A stretch of DNA of 64,000 nucleotides from NCBI RefSeq assembly GCF_902713615.1, contig NW_024055453.1, positions 1 through 64,000 of the forward strand, read 5' to 3'. Positions 13,061 to 25,336 of the stretch are shown here, piece by piece. The translations under genes and the position numbers were made by a program. The DNA comes from Scyliorhinus canicula (Eukaryota). Positions within the stretch are counted from its first letter, which is position 1, and every line of letters starts with the position of its first letter. The notes under the pieces are model-generated. The model was not told the DNA's origin and did no database searches. It saw only the letters and a program-made list of their open reading frames with translations.

Positions 13061-13299
13061 CATTGGATGCAATGATGTGTTCACTCGCACACACTGCAGC
13101 CTGACTTGTTGGAGCAGACACTGTGTTTGTTACTCTCAAAGTGAGTGAATCCTTTGCTGTTTCTCCTCAGGGCCCCATCTCCACTATTATTGTCTGATTG
13201 TCCCACTGAGACTCTCACTGTTATTATTGGACAATCAGCGAGTCAGCCTGAGCCTGTGGCCGCTCTCACCATCTGGAACCGTCACAATGCCTGGGAGAT

Positions 13300-13920
13300 T
13301 GACGGCAGCTCCCGACCAATAGGAAGAGGAGGGGCGGGATTAGAGGACAGACCAGGAGCAGCTAGACCTCCAACCAATCGGAATGAATGAGGGGCGGGGC
13401 CCACTGTGATTGAAGCATGCGCAGTGTGGGTAATGGCAATGGAGAAGAGCGTCTTGTTCAGATCTGAAATCAGTGAGAGGCGATTAACAATATGGAGGGA
13501 GGGGCGGCACGGTGGCTCAGTGGTTAGCATTGCTGCCTACGGCGCTGAGGACCCGGGTTCGAATCCCGGCCCTGGGTCACTGTCTGTGAGGAGTTTGCAC
13601 ATTCTCCCCGTGTCTGCGTGGGTTTCACCCCCACAACCCAAAGATGTGCAGGTTAGGTGGATTGGCCACGTTAAATTGCCCCTTAATTGGAAAAAATGAA
13701 TTGGATATTCTAAATTTTAAAAAAAATTTTAAAAAAAAAACAATATGGAGGGAGCAAGAGATCGTGGGAGCCGGCGGAAACGTCGTGTAAAACTGTTGTA
13801 AGCTACAATCCTCGGAAAAGTTGCCGGGACCCCGTTTGTACCGAGCGAGCTGCAGCTCCTCATTTAGGCTCGGGTTAACGGCCGCCACCTTTATTGGATG
13901 TGCAGGGCGCATGCGCGTTT
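13300..13920 (+). promoter_or_regulatory. ZNF promoter module (CCAAT-GC box-CCAAT-GC box-NRF1) and first-exon region
   Basis: ccaatagg...ggggcggg...ccaatc...ggggcggggc...gcatgcgcagt; paralogous to 30820-30950 and 42176-42500. Confidence 0.65.
13501..13738 (+). mobile_element. V-SINE short A-tail variant with ~15-bp target-site duplication
   Basis: Flanked by aacaatatggaggga on both sides. Confidence 0.9.
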
Positions 13921-14699
13921 CTCATCTTTGTCGGGGCGATGTTTCAATGAGTGGGAGGAGCTTGTTCCCCATTCTTCAGAATGGAGACAACTTGTCCATC
14001 AAACTGGATTCGTCTTTCAGTCCCAATGTCTTATTGATGATGCAAAGCGGTGGCAGAGATGGAAAGAAAAGGAAGCCAATCCTGCTCTCCGGATTTCACT
14101 GTCCCATTGGACGTCCTGCCCCATGTGTCCAAAGCTCTGCGGCTCTGTTCAGCCACATGAAGACCCAGGGTAGAAACTCACAACCCTGAGTCAACATCAC
14201 CCTCAAATCAGGGGACTGCTGATGACAAGAGGGTCAGTGTGCAGCGGGGGGCATGAGCGGTCATCCTGGTCCGGGGAGAATGTGGTGAATCCTGGACTGA
14301 CAGTGATTACTTTTGGAAACTCCTTTTACAGGGGATTAGTCGGGGAGGATTTACACACAGCAAATTCAAACCGGGAAAAATGTTTATCTTTCCTGAATTT
14401 TATTTCTGTACTGACAGTGATTCCGTTGTAAACCTCTTTCACAGGGACTTAGAAAGGGATTCGCAGACAGGAAACTCACAACCAATCCTCACATCAAATT
14501 CTGACAGCACGATTCGGGTTATCAGGACCTGGAGATTATCGAATTTGTGTGTCGGCATTGAGTTCAGATCATTACCACGCACTCTGTAAAATTTCTTCCT
14601 CATATCTCCCCTGTAGATCTTGCTCACAATCTTAAATCTGTGTCCCATAATCCTTTTACAATCTACTGATGTGAACAGATTTATTTATCATTTTTCCGG

Positions 14700-16003
14700 G
14701 TTCGCTGTTGTCGTTCCCGGTGCCTGGGTCATGCCAGATGGACCGTCCAGATTCCACTCCGTTATTGTGTATTTATAGCGGTTGAAGGGGCTTGGACCAG
14801 TCCATTTCCAGATCCAGTACACAAGTGAAGTCTCTGCCAAGCATTGATTGATGTGTATCCAGGTCTGGGATGGATCCCAACAATTTTTTTTACAAATGCC
14901 ACATCGTCCCAGTTAGGGGCTTAGCCATTCACCAACACCACCAATGTACCTGCCAGTGACCCACTGACCACCACGTATCTCCCATTAGTGTCCGCAATGA
15001 TCCTGGTGACCGAAAGAGGGATCTGTTTATTGATTAGAATTGCAGCACATCGAGCCCTTCCGTCAAAGCCCGAGTGAAACACTTGGCTCCCCGCTCCGCA
15101 GTCTGGTCTGATCTCTAACCCGCAAGTGAGTCTCCTGCAAGAACACCACACCAGCATTTGGATTCTTTAGGTGAGTGACAACCCTTGACCTTCACTGGTC
15201 CACCCAATCCCCTTGCGTTCCAGGTGAGCAGCTGAATCAAGGGTCTCCGCACCAGCCCCCATCACGGAATCAGCCATTTCAAATGTGAGGGACTATCCAG
15301 CAAATCTTCAAAAAGTACAGGCCAATGGTCCACCCAAGATGGCCGCCACACGCACACATCTTCAGAGTAAAACAAAAACAGTTTATAGTCATCATCAGCA
15401 AAGTAACCCCTCTCCCCCATTTATCATCAACGCCTCACCGAGACACACAAATTGAATCAACACCCCCCCCCCCCCCCCCCCCCCCCATCTCACTCCCATT
15501 CACCAGCTGACTGCTGACAGGGCAGCTCCTCTCAGGACAACATGAAAATAGAAACACCAATATTGCCTACTTTGAGGATCAAACATACTTCAGAATGCAG
15601 TCCCTTAATAGACTCAATTTCCAACGGGGGCCATCCCCCCACCCTCCCCATAGATCTACGTTGTGCTTTGTAAAGAAAATCTCGCTTCATCCCCACACAG
15701 AAAAACAGATTCTATCAGAAAATGTCAAAAACTATATCGAGGATATCACAACACCCATCCCACCCCACAGGAATGTAGATCTTGTCCAATACAGATAACT
15801 GGACCCCAGTCCATGCTTTACAATAAAGGCATTCGCTTCCTCCAGTGTCTCCAAATGGAAATCTTTGGACTCATTTGTAACCCGCAGCTTTGCCGGGTAT
15901 ACCACCCCGAATCAAACTCCTTTCTTACACAGAGCAGCCTGAACCTTATTAAAGGCCACTCACTTCCTCACCAGCTCGGCTCCCACATCCTGGTAAATCC
16001 TCA
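14700..16003 (-). mobile_element. L1-clade LINE fragment (ORF1 C-terminus, spacer, ORF2 endonuclease)
   Basis: RIYQDVGAEL...FGVVYPAKLRVT (ORF1); LTWNARGL...DTNGRYVVVSGSL...APNWDD (APE endonuclease), with stops. Confidence 0.8.
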
Positions 16004-16269
16004 CTTGGATAACTGAGTGAATCCCTTCCCATAATTACAGGGTACCTCCAGGATATACAACATTCTTCCAACCGCTGCTCCCGCCGCACCCTGAAAGCCA
16101 CACTCAGTACCATGCGGCGCCACATGAAGACACTCGACATATCTCTCCAGCAGCACCGTCTTACTCTCTCTCAAAGCTGGCCCTGTCCCCAGTTTAATTT
16201 CATCCTTCGCATCATTCGACGTCTTAACGACTTTCTTACAGATGGTAAGGAACGCAAGCTTCAACAACT

Positions 16270-16535
16270 CATCAACACTACAGCCCATCCCTGACCCTCC
16301 ACCACTCCCAAACCCTCGTACTCCATTTCTCCCAGTATCAACACCACTGCCCATCCCAGGCCCTCCACCAGTCCCAATCCCTCGTACCCCATTTCTCCCA
16401 GTATCAACACCACTGCCCATCCCAGGCCCTCCACCAGTCCCAAACCCTCGTACTCCATTTCTCCCAGTATCAACACTGCTGTCCATCCCAGGCCCTCCAC
16501 CAGTCCCAATCCCTCGTACCCCATTTCTCCCAACC
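16270..16535 (+). repeat. 66-bp tandem repeat x4 inside the Penelope ORF
   Basis: Unit tcaacaccactgcccatcccaggccctccaccagtcccaatccctcgtaccccatttctcccagta. Confidence 0.9.
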
Positions 16536-17576
16536 CCAGCCCTTGCCGCGTGTTCACCATACACACTGACCTTCCCCTTTCTGAGGCTGAGCATGCTGTT
16601 CTCAGCAAAGGACTCAGCTTTGTACCCTTACATCCCCATCTCAATGAATTCCGGGCTCGGCATGATGTTGAACTCTTCTTTCGTCGCCTTCGCCTCCGTG
16701 CCCACATCTTTGGGCAAGAATCCTTCCCCCGTTCCGCTGATCCTTTCATGTTCCTCCAACATTCTGCCTCCAAGTGGACCCCCCCCCCCCCCCCCCCCGG
16801 TCTTAATTTTTCTGCCCCCCTCACCCATTCCAACCTCTCTCATTCTGAACTTTCTGCTCTTCACTCTGTCAGGTCTAACCCCGACTTTGTCATCAAACCT
16901 GCCGACAAAGTGGGTGCTGTTGTCGTCTGGCGCACTGACCTCTACCTCGCAAAGGCTGAGCGCCAACTCTCCGATACTTCCTCTTACCTCCCCCTGGACC
17001 ATGACCAGACCACTGAACATCAAACCATTATCTCCAACACCATTAGTGACCTCATTTCCTTCGGATGCCTTCCCCCTATGGCTTCCAATCTCATCGTCCC
17101 CCAACCCCGGACAGCCCGCTTTTACCTACTTCCCAAAATCCACAAAAAGGACTGTCCCGGCAGGCCCATTGTGTCAGCATGCTCCTGCCCCACTGAACTT
17201 ATTTCCTCTTATCTTGACTCCATCCTCACTCCTCTGGTCTATTCCCTCCCCAGCTACATCCGGGATTCCTCTGATGCCCTGCGTCATATTGACAGCTTCC
17301 AGTTCGTGGGCCCTAACTGCATTCTATTGACCATTGATGTCCAATCCCTCTACACCTCCATCCCACACCAGGATGGCCTGAGAGCCCTTCACTTCTTACT
17401 CGAAAAGAGACCCGGACAATTCCCATCCATCACCACTCTCCTCCGCCTGGCTGAACTCGTTCTATCTCTCAGCAACTTCTCCTTTAACTCATCTCACTTT
17501 CTCCAAATCAAAGATGTAGCAATGGGTACCCTCATGGGTCCTAGCTACGCTTGCCTTTTTATGGTGTATATGGAAC

Positions 17577-17756
17577 AGTCCAAAGATGTGCGGGTTAGGT
17601 GGATTGGCCATGCTAAATTGCCCGTAGTGTAAGGTTAATGGGAGGATTGTTGGGTTATGGGTATACGGGTTACGTGGGTTTAAGTAGGGTGATCATTGTT
17701 CGGCACAACATCGAGGGCCGGAGGGCCTGTTCTGTGCTGTACTGTTCTATGTTCTA
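17577..17756 (+). mobile_element. 5'-truncated HE1-like SINE inserted in the Penelope RT
   Basis: 3' half of the SINE ending ttctatgttcta; RT resumes afterwards. Confidence 0.85.
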
Positions 17757-18530
17757 TTCCTTGTTCCAGGCCTATCTGGGGCCCCTGCCACAACTCCTTT
17801 ACTGATACATTGATGACTATTTTGGTGCCGTGTCGTGCTCTTGCCCGGACCTGGAAAAATTCATCAATTTCGCTTCCAGTTTCCACCCCTCCATCACTTT
17901 CACCTGGACAATCTCAGACACTTTCCTTCCTTTCCTTGATCTTTCTGTCTCCATTTCCGGCAATAGACTATCCACTACACGCCCACTGACTCCCACAGCT
18001 ATCTGGACTACAGCTCTTCACACCCTACACCCTGTAAGGACTCCATCCCTTTCTCTCAACTCCTTTGCCTCCGCTTTCCTGCACCTTTCTCCTCTTTGCT
18101 TCCCCCTTCCCCTCCCCCCCCCACACCTACAGTTTATCCTCTGATGTTAGTTTCCCTGCTGTTTGACCTTTCACATCTTTTGTCCTGTCTGGGGACTGCC
18201 ATTTGCAGTCTTTCCCCTTGGGTTCTGTGGCCATTAGCAGCCGGTTTCCCTGGGTTTCTGTGGCTGTGACTCATCTTTCATTCTCACTCCACAGTATAAA
18301 TATTTCCCACTCTGTCTGTTAGCTTTGACAAAGAGTCATCGGACTCGAAACTCATATCTCTTTTCTCTCCCTACAGATGCTGCCAGAGTTGCTGAGATTT
18401 TCCAGCATTGTCCCTTTCGCTTTGAATCCCTTCCCACACTTGGAGCAGGTGACTGGTCTGTCGCTGGTGTGACTGCGGTGATGAGTCCCCAGCTCACATG
18501 GGGACTTGAATCCTGCCCCACAGTCCCCAC

Positions 18531-18718
18531 ATGAAAAATGAAATGAAAATCGCTTATTGTCACAAGGAGGCTTCAAATGAAGTTACTGTGAAAAGCCCCT
18601 AGTCGCCACATACTGGCACCTGTTCGGGGAGGCTGGTACTGGAATTGAACCCGCGCTGCTGGCCTGCCATGGTCTTGCTTTAAAAGCCAGTTATTTAGCC
18701 CTGTGCTAAACCAGCCCC
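18531..18718 (-). mobile_element. Short (TTTCA)n-tail SINE
   Basis: Multi-copy family. Confidence 0.85.
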
Positions 18719-18784
18719 TATTTACACGGTTTCAGCATGCTGCTGGTGTCCTTGTCCCTCTCCACGTTTGACGATCAGTTGAAT

Positions 18785-19096
18785 AATAAATAATAAACAT
18801 TATTAGTGTCACAAATAGGCTTACATTAACACTCCAATGGTTACTGAGAAAGTCCCGTAGTCGCCACACTCCGGCGCCTGTTCGGATACTCGGAGGGAGA
18901 ATTCAGAATGTCCAAATCACCAAATATGCACGATTTCTGGGACTTGTGGGAGGAAACAGGAACACCCAGAGGAAACTCACACAGACACGGGGAGAACGTG
19001 CAGACTTCGCACAGACAGTGACCCAAACCGGGAATCGAACCCGAGTTCCTGGCGCTGAGAATCAACAATGTTACCCACTGTGCTGTCGTGGCGCCC
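18785..19096 (-). mobile_element. V-SINE with alternative tail
   Basis: Reverse complement of the 4572-4878 type. Confidence 0.8.
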
Positions 19097-19217
19097 TTGT
19101 CCCCACAGAGAGCATGTGTACGGTCTCTCCCCGCTCTGAATGGAGTGGTGTTTTTTCAGACTGTGTAATTGGTTAAAGCTCTTTCCACAGTCAGTTCACT
19201 GGAACACTCTCACTCAA

Positions 19218-19538
19218 GGGCCTCACGGTAGCATGGTGGTTAGCATCAATGCTTCACAGCTCCAGGGTCCCAGGTTCGATTCCCGGCTGGGTCACTGTCT
19301 GTGTGGAGTCTGCACGTCCTCCCCGTGTGTGCGTGGGTTTCCTCCGGGTGCTCCGGTTTCCTCCCACAGTCCAAAGATGTGCGGGTTAGGTGGATTGGCC
19401 ATGCTAAACTGCCCGTAGTGTAAGGTTAATGGGGGGATTGTTGGGTTACGTGGGTATAAGTAGGGTGATCATTGCTCGGCACAACATCGAGGGCCGAAGG
19501 GCCTGTTCTGTGCTGTACTGTTCTATGTTCTATGTTCT
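19218..19538 (+). mobile_element. HE1-like V-SINE, full length
   Basis: Near-identical to the 6990 and 24902 copies. Confidence 0.9.
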
Positions 19539-19920
19539 AAGTTGAGTGTGTGTGTATCGGGTTTTCTTACAGTCACACTGATCTTGGAAAATCTTTTCCT
19601 ACGGACAGACCAGACAAACATTTCCTCTTCCACATTCACAGGCCAATGATATTCGGGTCCTGTTGGATGGATTGACTCTGTTAAATCTTGTTGTGATGTT
19701 TGATTTGAGTTTCCAGCTGTAAATCCTTCCCTTCTAATCCCCTATAAAAAGAGTTTACAAAAGCCATCATTGTTAGTGCAGGATAGAAATTCTGAACAGA
19801 CAATTCCAGTTTCTCCAGAACATTTTCCCTCTCTTGTTCCCCCAAAGCTGTAAATCCCTGTCCCACACACTCTCCCTCCTCCCTGGGCTGAAATCCAAAC
19901 CCATCTGCACCGTTTCTTTC

Positions 19921-20142
19921 TTTTTTTTAATTTAGTGTACCCTTTTCATTTTTTCCAATTAAGGGGCAATTTAGCATGGCCAATCCACCCACCCTGCACA
20001 TCTTTGTGTTGTGGGGAGAAACCGACGCAAACGCGGGGAGAATGTGCAAACTCCACACGGACAGTGACCCAGAGCCGGGATCGAACCTGGGACCTCGGCG
20101 CCATGAGGCAGTAGTGCTAACTACTGTGCCACCATGCTGCCC
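19921..20142 (-). mobile_element. V-SINE short A-tail variant with ~15-bp TSD
   Basis: Flanked by tctgcaccgtttctt / tctgcaccatttctt. Confidence 0.85.
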
Positions 20143-21633
20143 TTCTGCACCATTTCTTCCCTCCACTCCCAGTTTTCTCCCTCCCTCTCCTCTGCCTGGG
20201 TCCAGTTCTCCAGCTCCTGTCTGCAGACTGACAATAAAATCAATGGGTCTTATTGGGGGGTTTGGGGCCTCCAGCAGGTGTTTGTGAATCCGCCCCGCCC
20301 ACCTGCCAGGGTTTCCTTCCTTGCCATCGGAGAGACCTCTGATTTATTATTCTCCCTTGTGGTCCAGGTCTCTCCCTCAGCTTGACATATTTATTTGTCT
20401 GGCGAAAAGGATGGTCTCTTTCCTAAAGTTCACAATTAAAGGGGTGGGTTCCCCAGGAGATGGCTAATATTTCAGGGGACATTAAATTAATAATGGACAG
20501 AGATATGTCTGGTGTTGTTACATGGTACAGATTAGATATATTATTTACGGTTCTGTAATAAAGTATATTTATTATGATTTCTCTTCTTTTGATATAAGAT
20601 TGCAGCTCCGTTATAGATTTCCAGTCATCTCTTCCCTCAGAGGGTTGTTAATCTCTGGATTTCTCTTCCACAGGGACCAGTTGTATCTGGGGGCCATTGA
20701 ATATATTGAAGCACAAGTTAGACAGATATTTTATTGTCAATGGAGTTGAGGGTTATGGGGAACAGGTAGGAAAATAGAGTGAAAGCTTAGATGAGGAGGG
20801 ATCTCTTCACTCGAGGATGTGGTGAATCTTTGGAATTCTCTACCCCAGAGGAATGTGGCGCCTCAGTCATCAGGTATGTTCAAGACAAATATTGACAGGT
20901 TTCTAGATATTGAAGATATTGAGGGATATGGGGATCGAGTGGGAAAATGGTGCTGAGGTAGATCGGTCAGGGATCTCATTGAATGGTTGAGATGACTCTT
21001 ACTCTTACTCCTATTATAATCTCTGTGTCGTGGTCAGGAAGCAGGAGCTGAGCTTGGATCTGTCAATGAACATGAATCAGCACCTTCACGAAAATTGGGA
21101 GGGTGAATATTAGATACAGCAGAGTGAGAATGGAGGGAGATTGTGTGGGATGGAGATTTACAGCTTTTGGAGAACAATAGAGGAAATAATATTTCATAGA
21201 AACTAGAATAGTCTGTTCTGAATTTCTATCGTGTACTAACAATGATGACTTTTGCAAATTGTTGTTAAAGGATATTGCAAGAGGAGGAATTATAGACAGA
21301 AATCTCAAATATCACGTCTCGTTGTGACAAACTCACTCGATTCCTTCTCATCTGAATATCATTGGGCTCTGAATATCATCGGCGAGAAGGAGAAATATTT
21401 GTCCGATCTGTCGGCTTCAAAAGTTTTTAAGTACGAAAAGCACCGAGACCCCCACAATGCACACCTGAGTGAGAGAGTTCCAGTGAAATGACTGTGGAAA
21501 GAGCTTCAACCAGATACACAGCCTGAAAAAACATCACACCATTCACAGTGAGCAGAGACAGTGAACATGTTCCGTGTGTAGACAAGGCTTCCAGTGATTG
21601 TCCAATCTGAAGAGACACGAGGAGACCCAAAAC

Positions 21634-22164
21634 ATGGAGAAACCGTGGAAATGTGGGGGCTGTGGGGAGGTATTGGGACTCCCATCTCGGCTGGAGACTC
21701 ATCGACACAATCACTCTGGGGAGAGGCCGTTCACCTGCTCTCAGTGTGGGAAGGGATCCGCTCAGTTATCCACCCTCAAGTCACACCAGCGAGTTTACAC
21801 TGAGGAGAGGCCATTCATCTGCTCTCAGTGTGGGAAGGGATTCAGTGATTCAGCCGCCCTACAGAGACACCAGCGAATTCACACTGGGGAAAGGCCGTTC
21901 ACCTGTTCTTTGTGTGGGAAGGAATTCAGTGATTCATCCAACCTGCGGGAACATCAGAGAATTCACACTGGGGAAAGGCCATTCACCTGCTCCCTCTGTG
22001 GGAAGGGATTTGCACATTCATCCAATTTGCAGAAACATCGGCGAGTTCACACTGGAGAGAGGCCATTCACCTGCTCTCAATGTGGGAAGGGATTCACACA
22101 GTTATCCAGTCTGCAGAGACATCAGCAAATTCACACTGAGGAGAGGTCATTCACCTGCTCTTAG
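21634..22164 (+). CDS. C2H2 ZNF (MEKPWKC type), 6 fingers, prematurely terminated
   Basis: ORF 21598-22164; TAG inside finger 7 (CS*CGKG) followed by a CR1 insertion at ~22178. Confidence 0.75.
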   Translation: MEKPWKCGGCGEVLGLPSRLETHRHNHSGERPFTCSQCGKGSAQLSTLKSHQRVYTEERPFICSQCGKGFSDSAALQRHQRIHTGERPFTCSLCGKEFSDSSNLREHQRIHTGERPFTCSLCGKGFAHSSNLQKHRRVHTGERPFTCSQCGKGFTQLSSLQRHQQIHTEERSFTCS

Positions 22165-22232
22165 TGTGGGAAGGGATTACATAGAAACATAGAAAATAGG
22201 AGCAGGAAGAGGCCATTTGGCCCTTTGCGCCT

Positions 22233-23664
22233 TGTAATTGAAAATATGGAAAGATATGTCATTTGAAACATGGAAGTCTGGTAATACCTGATTTAAGAAA
22301 CATAAGAGAAGGTAGGGAAAAATCCCACGAAGGGTTAACAGCAGCTGCCAGGAGAGGATTGTAAAATGCAGATAGCTTTGGTCAAGCAGGCGTAGCAAAC
22401 AAAATAAGCAGGTCTTTCAAGACACAATCAGTGAATTTTAGTGTACAGCTAAAAGCAATGTTTTGCACCTCCTTTTGAAGTTGGGTAAGCAGATGGAAAA
22501 GAATGGATGAGGTTCTGCTGAATTAGGTGACAAGTGTTTAAATGTGAGGCAAATCTTTTAAACTCCCCACCAATTGAATCTTTAGTATAAAGCTAAAAGC
22601 AATATTTCACACCTTCATTGAAGTTAAGCAGCTGGAAAAGAATGGATGAGGTTCAGTTGAATTAGGTGACAATTCTAGGTGTGAAATTTTGCTGACAGGT
22701 GAATATGGAAAGCTGGAGACAACGTGTCTACGAAAACATAAATTAGACCCAAATCAAAGTCAAAATTATGAGCTGGGGACACAATTTGTTAATAAAACTA
22801 TAGAAATGGCAGCATCAAAAGTCACACCACATTGAAATCAAAGCATTTTTGAACATCACAAAGGAAACAATGTAATTAAAGATCTATGAGATGAGGTCAT
22901 GCTCAAAATGAATACTTAGTCGTGTTAGAAACATTTAGATTATAGGTACCTTTTACAATCCAAGTGAAATAAAAGTTACTTTACAATAAAGTAATAAAAA
23001 CTTTAACTGTTAGAAAGATATATAAACGCTGAGAAAGGAGCAGAGAAGAAACAAGAGTCAGCTCTCATAGCTCGGTCATGGGAAAGGGACAGAGCAAAGC
23101 AGCCGAGCTAAAACAGCTAATATATCTAATGAAGACCAGAATTTAAAGAGGAGGCGGAGTCAGCTCAGAACCAGCTCTCATAGCTCAGTATATGGGAAAG
23201 ATGGAGCACAGTAACCGAGCAGAACAGCTAATAAATCTGAGGAAGACCAAAAGCTAAAGAAGAGTGATTGTCAAGGTCGGCCTGAAGGTCCCTTCACCCA
23301 ACCAGGAGAATCCAGAAGCAAGATCTTTTTACTTTTCTGTAAAGGCAGTGATTGCATCTTTTAAAAGAAGAAATATAAGAATAAAATAACTTAAAAGTTT
23401 TAACCTGACACAGTGGTTATTACAAAGCCTACTTTACTTAGCAATGCAGGACCCAGGATGCTACTAAACTGGTAAATAGGTAAAATTCTTCGGTGAAGGT
23501 ATGGGTTATACCCGGGGATAACTTGAAAATATAGTTTGACCTGAATAGCACCCACCGAAGCCTGCATCGGAGTCAGGGAGTGAGAATCCCTGTTCACCAT
23601 TTAGAATATCGACCCTCTTTGGTAGAGGGGGAGTTCTAAGAATAGTGGTGAGTTTTTAACTTCA
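22233..23664 (+). mobile_element. Solo LTR (~1.43 kb) nested in a CR1 3' tail
   Basis: TG...CA ends, 4-bp TSD gcct, internal direct repeats, AATAAA at ~23380; CR1 tail continues on both sides. Confidence 0.75.
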
Positions 23665-23889
23665 GCCTGCTCTGCCATTCATTATGATCATGGCTTATCA
23701 TCCAACTCTTTTCACGGTGACTTCATTGCAGTGTTAATGCAAGCCTACTTGTGGCAATAAAGATTATTATTGTTATTGTTAATAAGATGTGCAGGGTAGG
23801 TGAATTGGCCACGCTAAATTGCTCCTTAATTGGAAAAAAGAATTGGGTACTTTAAATTTTTAAAAAAATCTAATCTATCTTCTGAATAT

Positions 23890-24410
23890 CTGGGTCCCCA
23901 GCACCGATCTCTGCGGTACCCCACTAGGCACTGCCTGCCAGTTTGAAAAAGACCATTAATTCCTCTTTGTTTCCTGTCTGCCAACCAGTTTTCTATCTAT
24001 CTCAATACACTGCCCTAATCCCATGTGCTTTAATTTTACACACTAATCTCTTTTCGGTGATTTTGTCAAAAGCTACCTGAAAATCCAAATATACCACATC
24101 CACTGGCTCTCCCTCGTTAACTCTACCAGTTACACCCTCGAAGAATTCCAGTAGATTTGTCAAGCATGATTTCCCGTCATAAATCCATGCTGACTCTGTC
24201 CGATCCTGCCACTGGTTTCTCAGTACTTTGCTTTAAAACCTTTGGTAATGGATTCTAGAATTTTCCCCACTGTCGATGTCAGGCTTACTGGCCTATAATT
24301 CCCTGTTTCTCTCTCATTTCAAATAGTGGGGTTACATAAGCCACCCTCCAATCTGCAGGAACTGTTCCAGAGTCTATAGAATCCTGGAAGATGACCACCA
24401 ATGCATCCAC
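23890..24410 (-). mobile_element. CR1 ORF2 fragment
   Basis: VDALVVIFQDSIDSGTVPADWRVAYVTPLF... Confidence 0.8.
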
Positions 24411-24627
24411 TATTATTACAGATTTACATGGGGATCGGTTAGCTCTCCATCCATCAGCATCTCCTTCTATTCCTTTCTCCTTCATGTATGTATCTAGCGT
24501 TACGTTCAATGGATTCATGCTGTTCACCTCAACCACTCACTGTGGTAACGAGTTCCACATTCTCACCACTCGCTGGGTAAAGAGGTTTCCACTGAAATTC
24601 CTATTGGATTATTGAATCCCTTCATAA

Positions 24628-24802
24628 TGAAATGAAAATGAAATGAAAATGAAAATCGCTTATTGTCACGAGTAGGCTTCAATGAAGTTACTGTGAAAAG
24701 CCCCTAGTCGCCACATTCCGGCGCCTGTCCGGGGAGGCTGGTACGGGAATCAAACCGTGCTGCTGGCCTGCTTGGTCTGCTTTAAAAGCCAGCGATTTAG
24801 CC
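24628..24802 (-). mobile_element. Short (TTTCA)n-tail SINE
   Basis: Multi-copy family. Confidence 0.85.
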
Positions 24803-24901
24803 TCTCAAAGACATCCACCAGGTCACCCATCAGTCTTCTCTTTTCCAGAAAAAAGCAGCCCCAGCCTTTCCTGCGAGTTAAATGCTCTCAGTTCTGTACA
24901 T

Positions 24902-25245
24902 TACGGCAGCATGGTGGTTAGCATAAATGCTTCACAGCTCCAGGGTCCCAGGTTCGATTCCCAGCTGGGTCACTGTCTGTGCGGAGTCTGCACGTCCTCC
25001 CCGTGTGTGCGTGGGTTTCCTCCGGGTGCTCCCGTTTCCTCCCACAGTCCAAAGATGTGCGGGTTAGGTGGATTGGCCATGCTAAATTGCCTGTAGTGTC
25101 CTAAAAAGTAAGGTTACGGGGGGGGGGGAGGGGTTGTTGTGTTACGGGTATAGGGTGGATACGTGGGTTTGAGTAGGGTGATCATTGCTCGGCACAACAT
25201 CGAGGGCCGAAGGGCCTGTTCTGTGCTGTACTGTTCTATGTTCTA
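24902..25245 (+). mobile_element. HE1-like V-SINE, full length
   Basis: Multi-copy family. Confidence 0.9.
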
Positions 25246-25336
25246 TTAATCTTTGTTGCTCCTTATCTAGTGCCTCTATTTCCTTTTTCTAAATGGAGAT
25301 CACCAACGTTGACACAGCTCCCAGTGTAGTCGAACC

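Larger units (their letters stand above)
16032..18422 (+). mobile_element. Penelope-like retroelement (RT domain, internally deleted, degenerate)
   Basis: KPADK, FYLLPKIHK, PGRPIVS, DVQSLYTSIP, VAMGT.MGPSYA, YIDD (~17806), LPFLD; flanked by 14-bp duplication tgaatcccttccca. Confidence 0.9.
16004..19760 (-). pseudogene. ZNF pseudogene fragmented by Penelope, SINE and L1 insertions
   Basis: Finger and leader pieces at 19540-19750, 19100-19215, 18720-18783, 18423-18530 (CGDCGAGF...[19 protein letters not shown]) and 16004-16031 (GKGFTQLS). Confidence 0.75.

Noticed and set aside
16001-17330. Gly-rich and Pro-rich repeat proteins (ORFs 16001-16594, 16242-17330, 16261-16833)
   Set aside because: Other frames and strand of the 66-bp repeat inside the Penelope element
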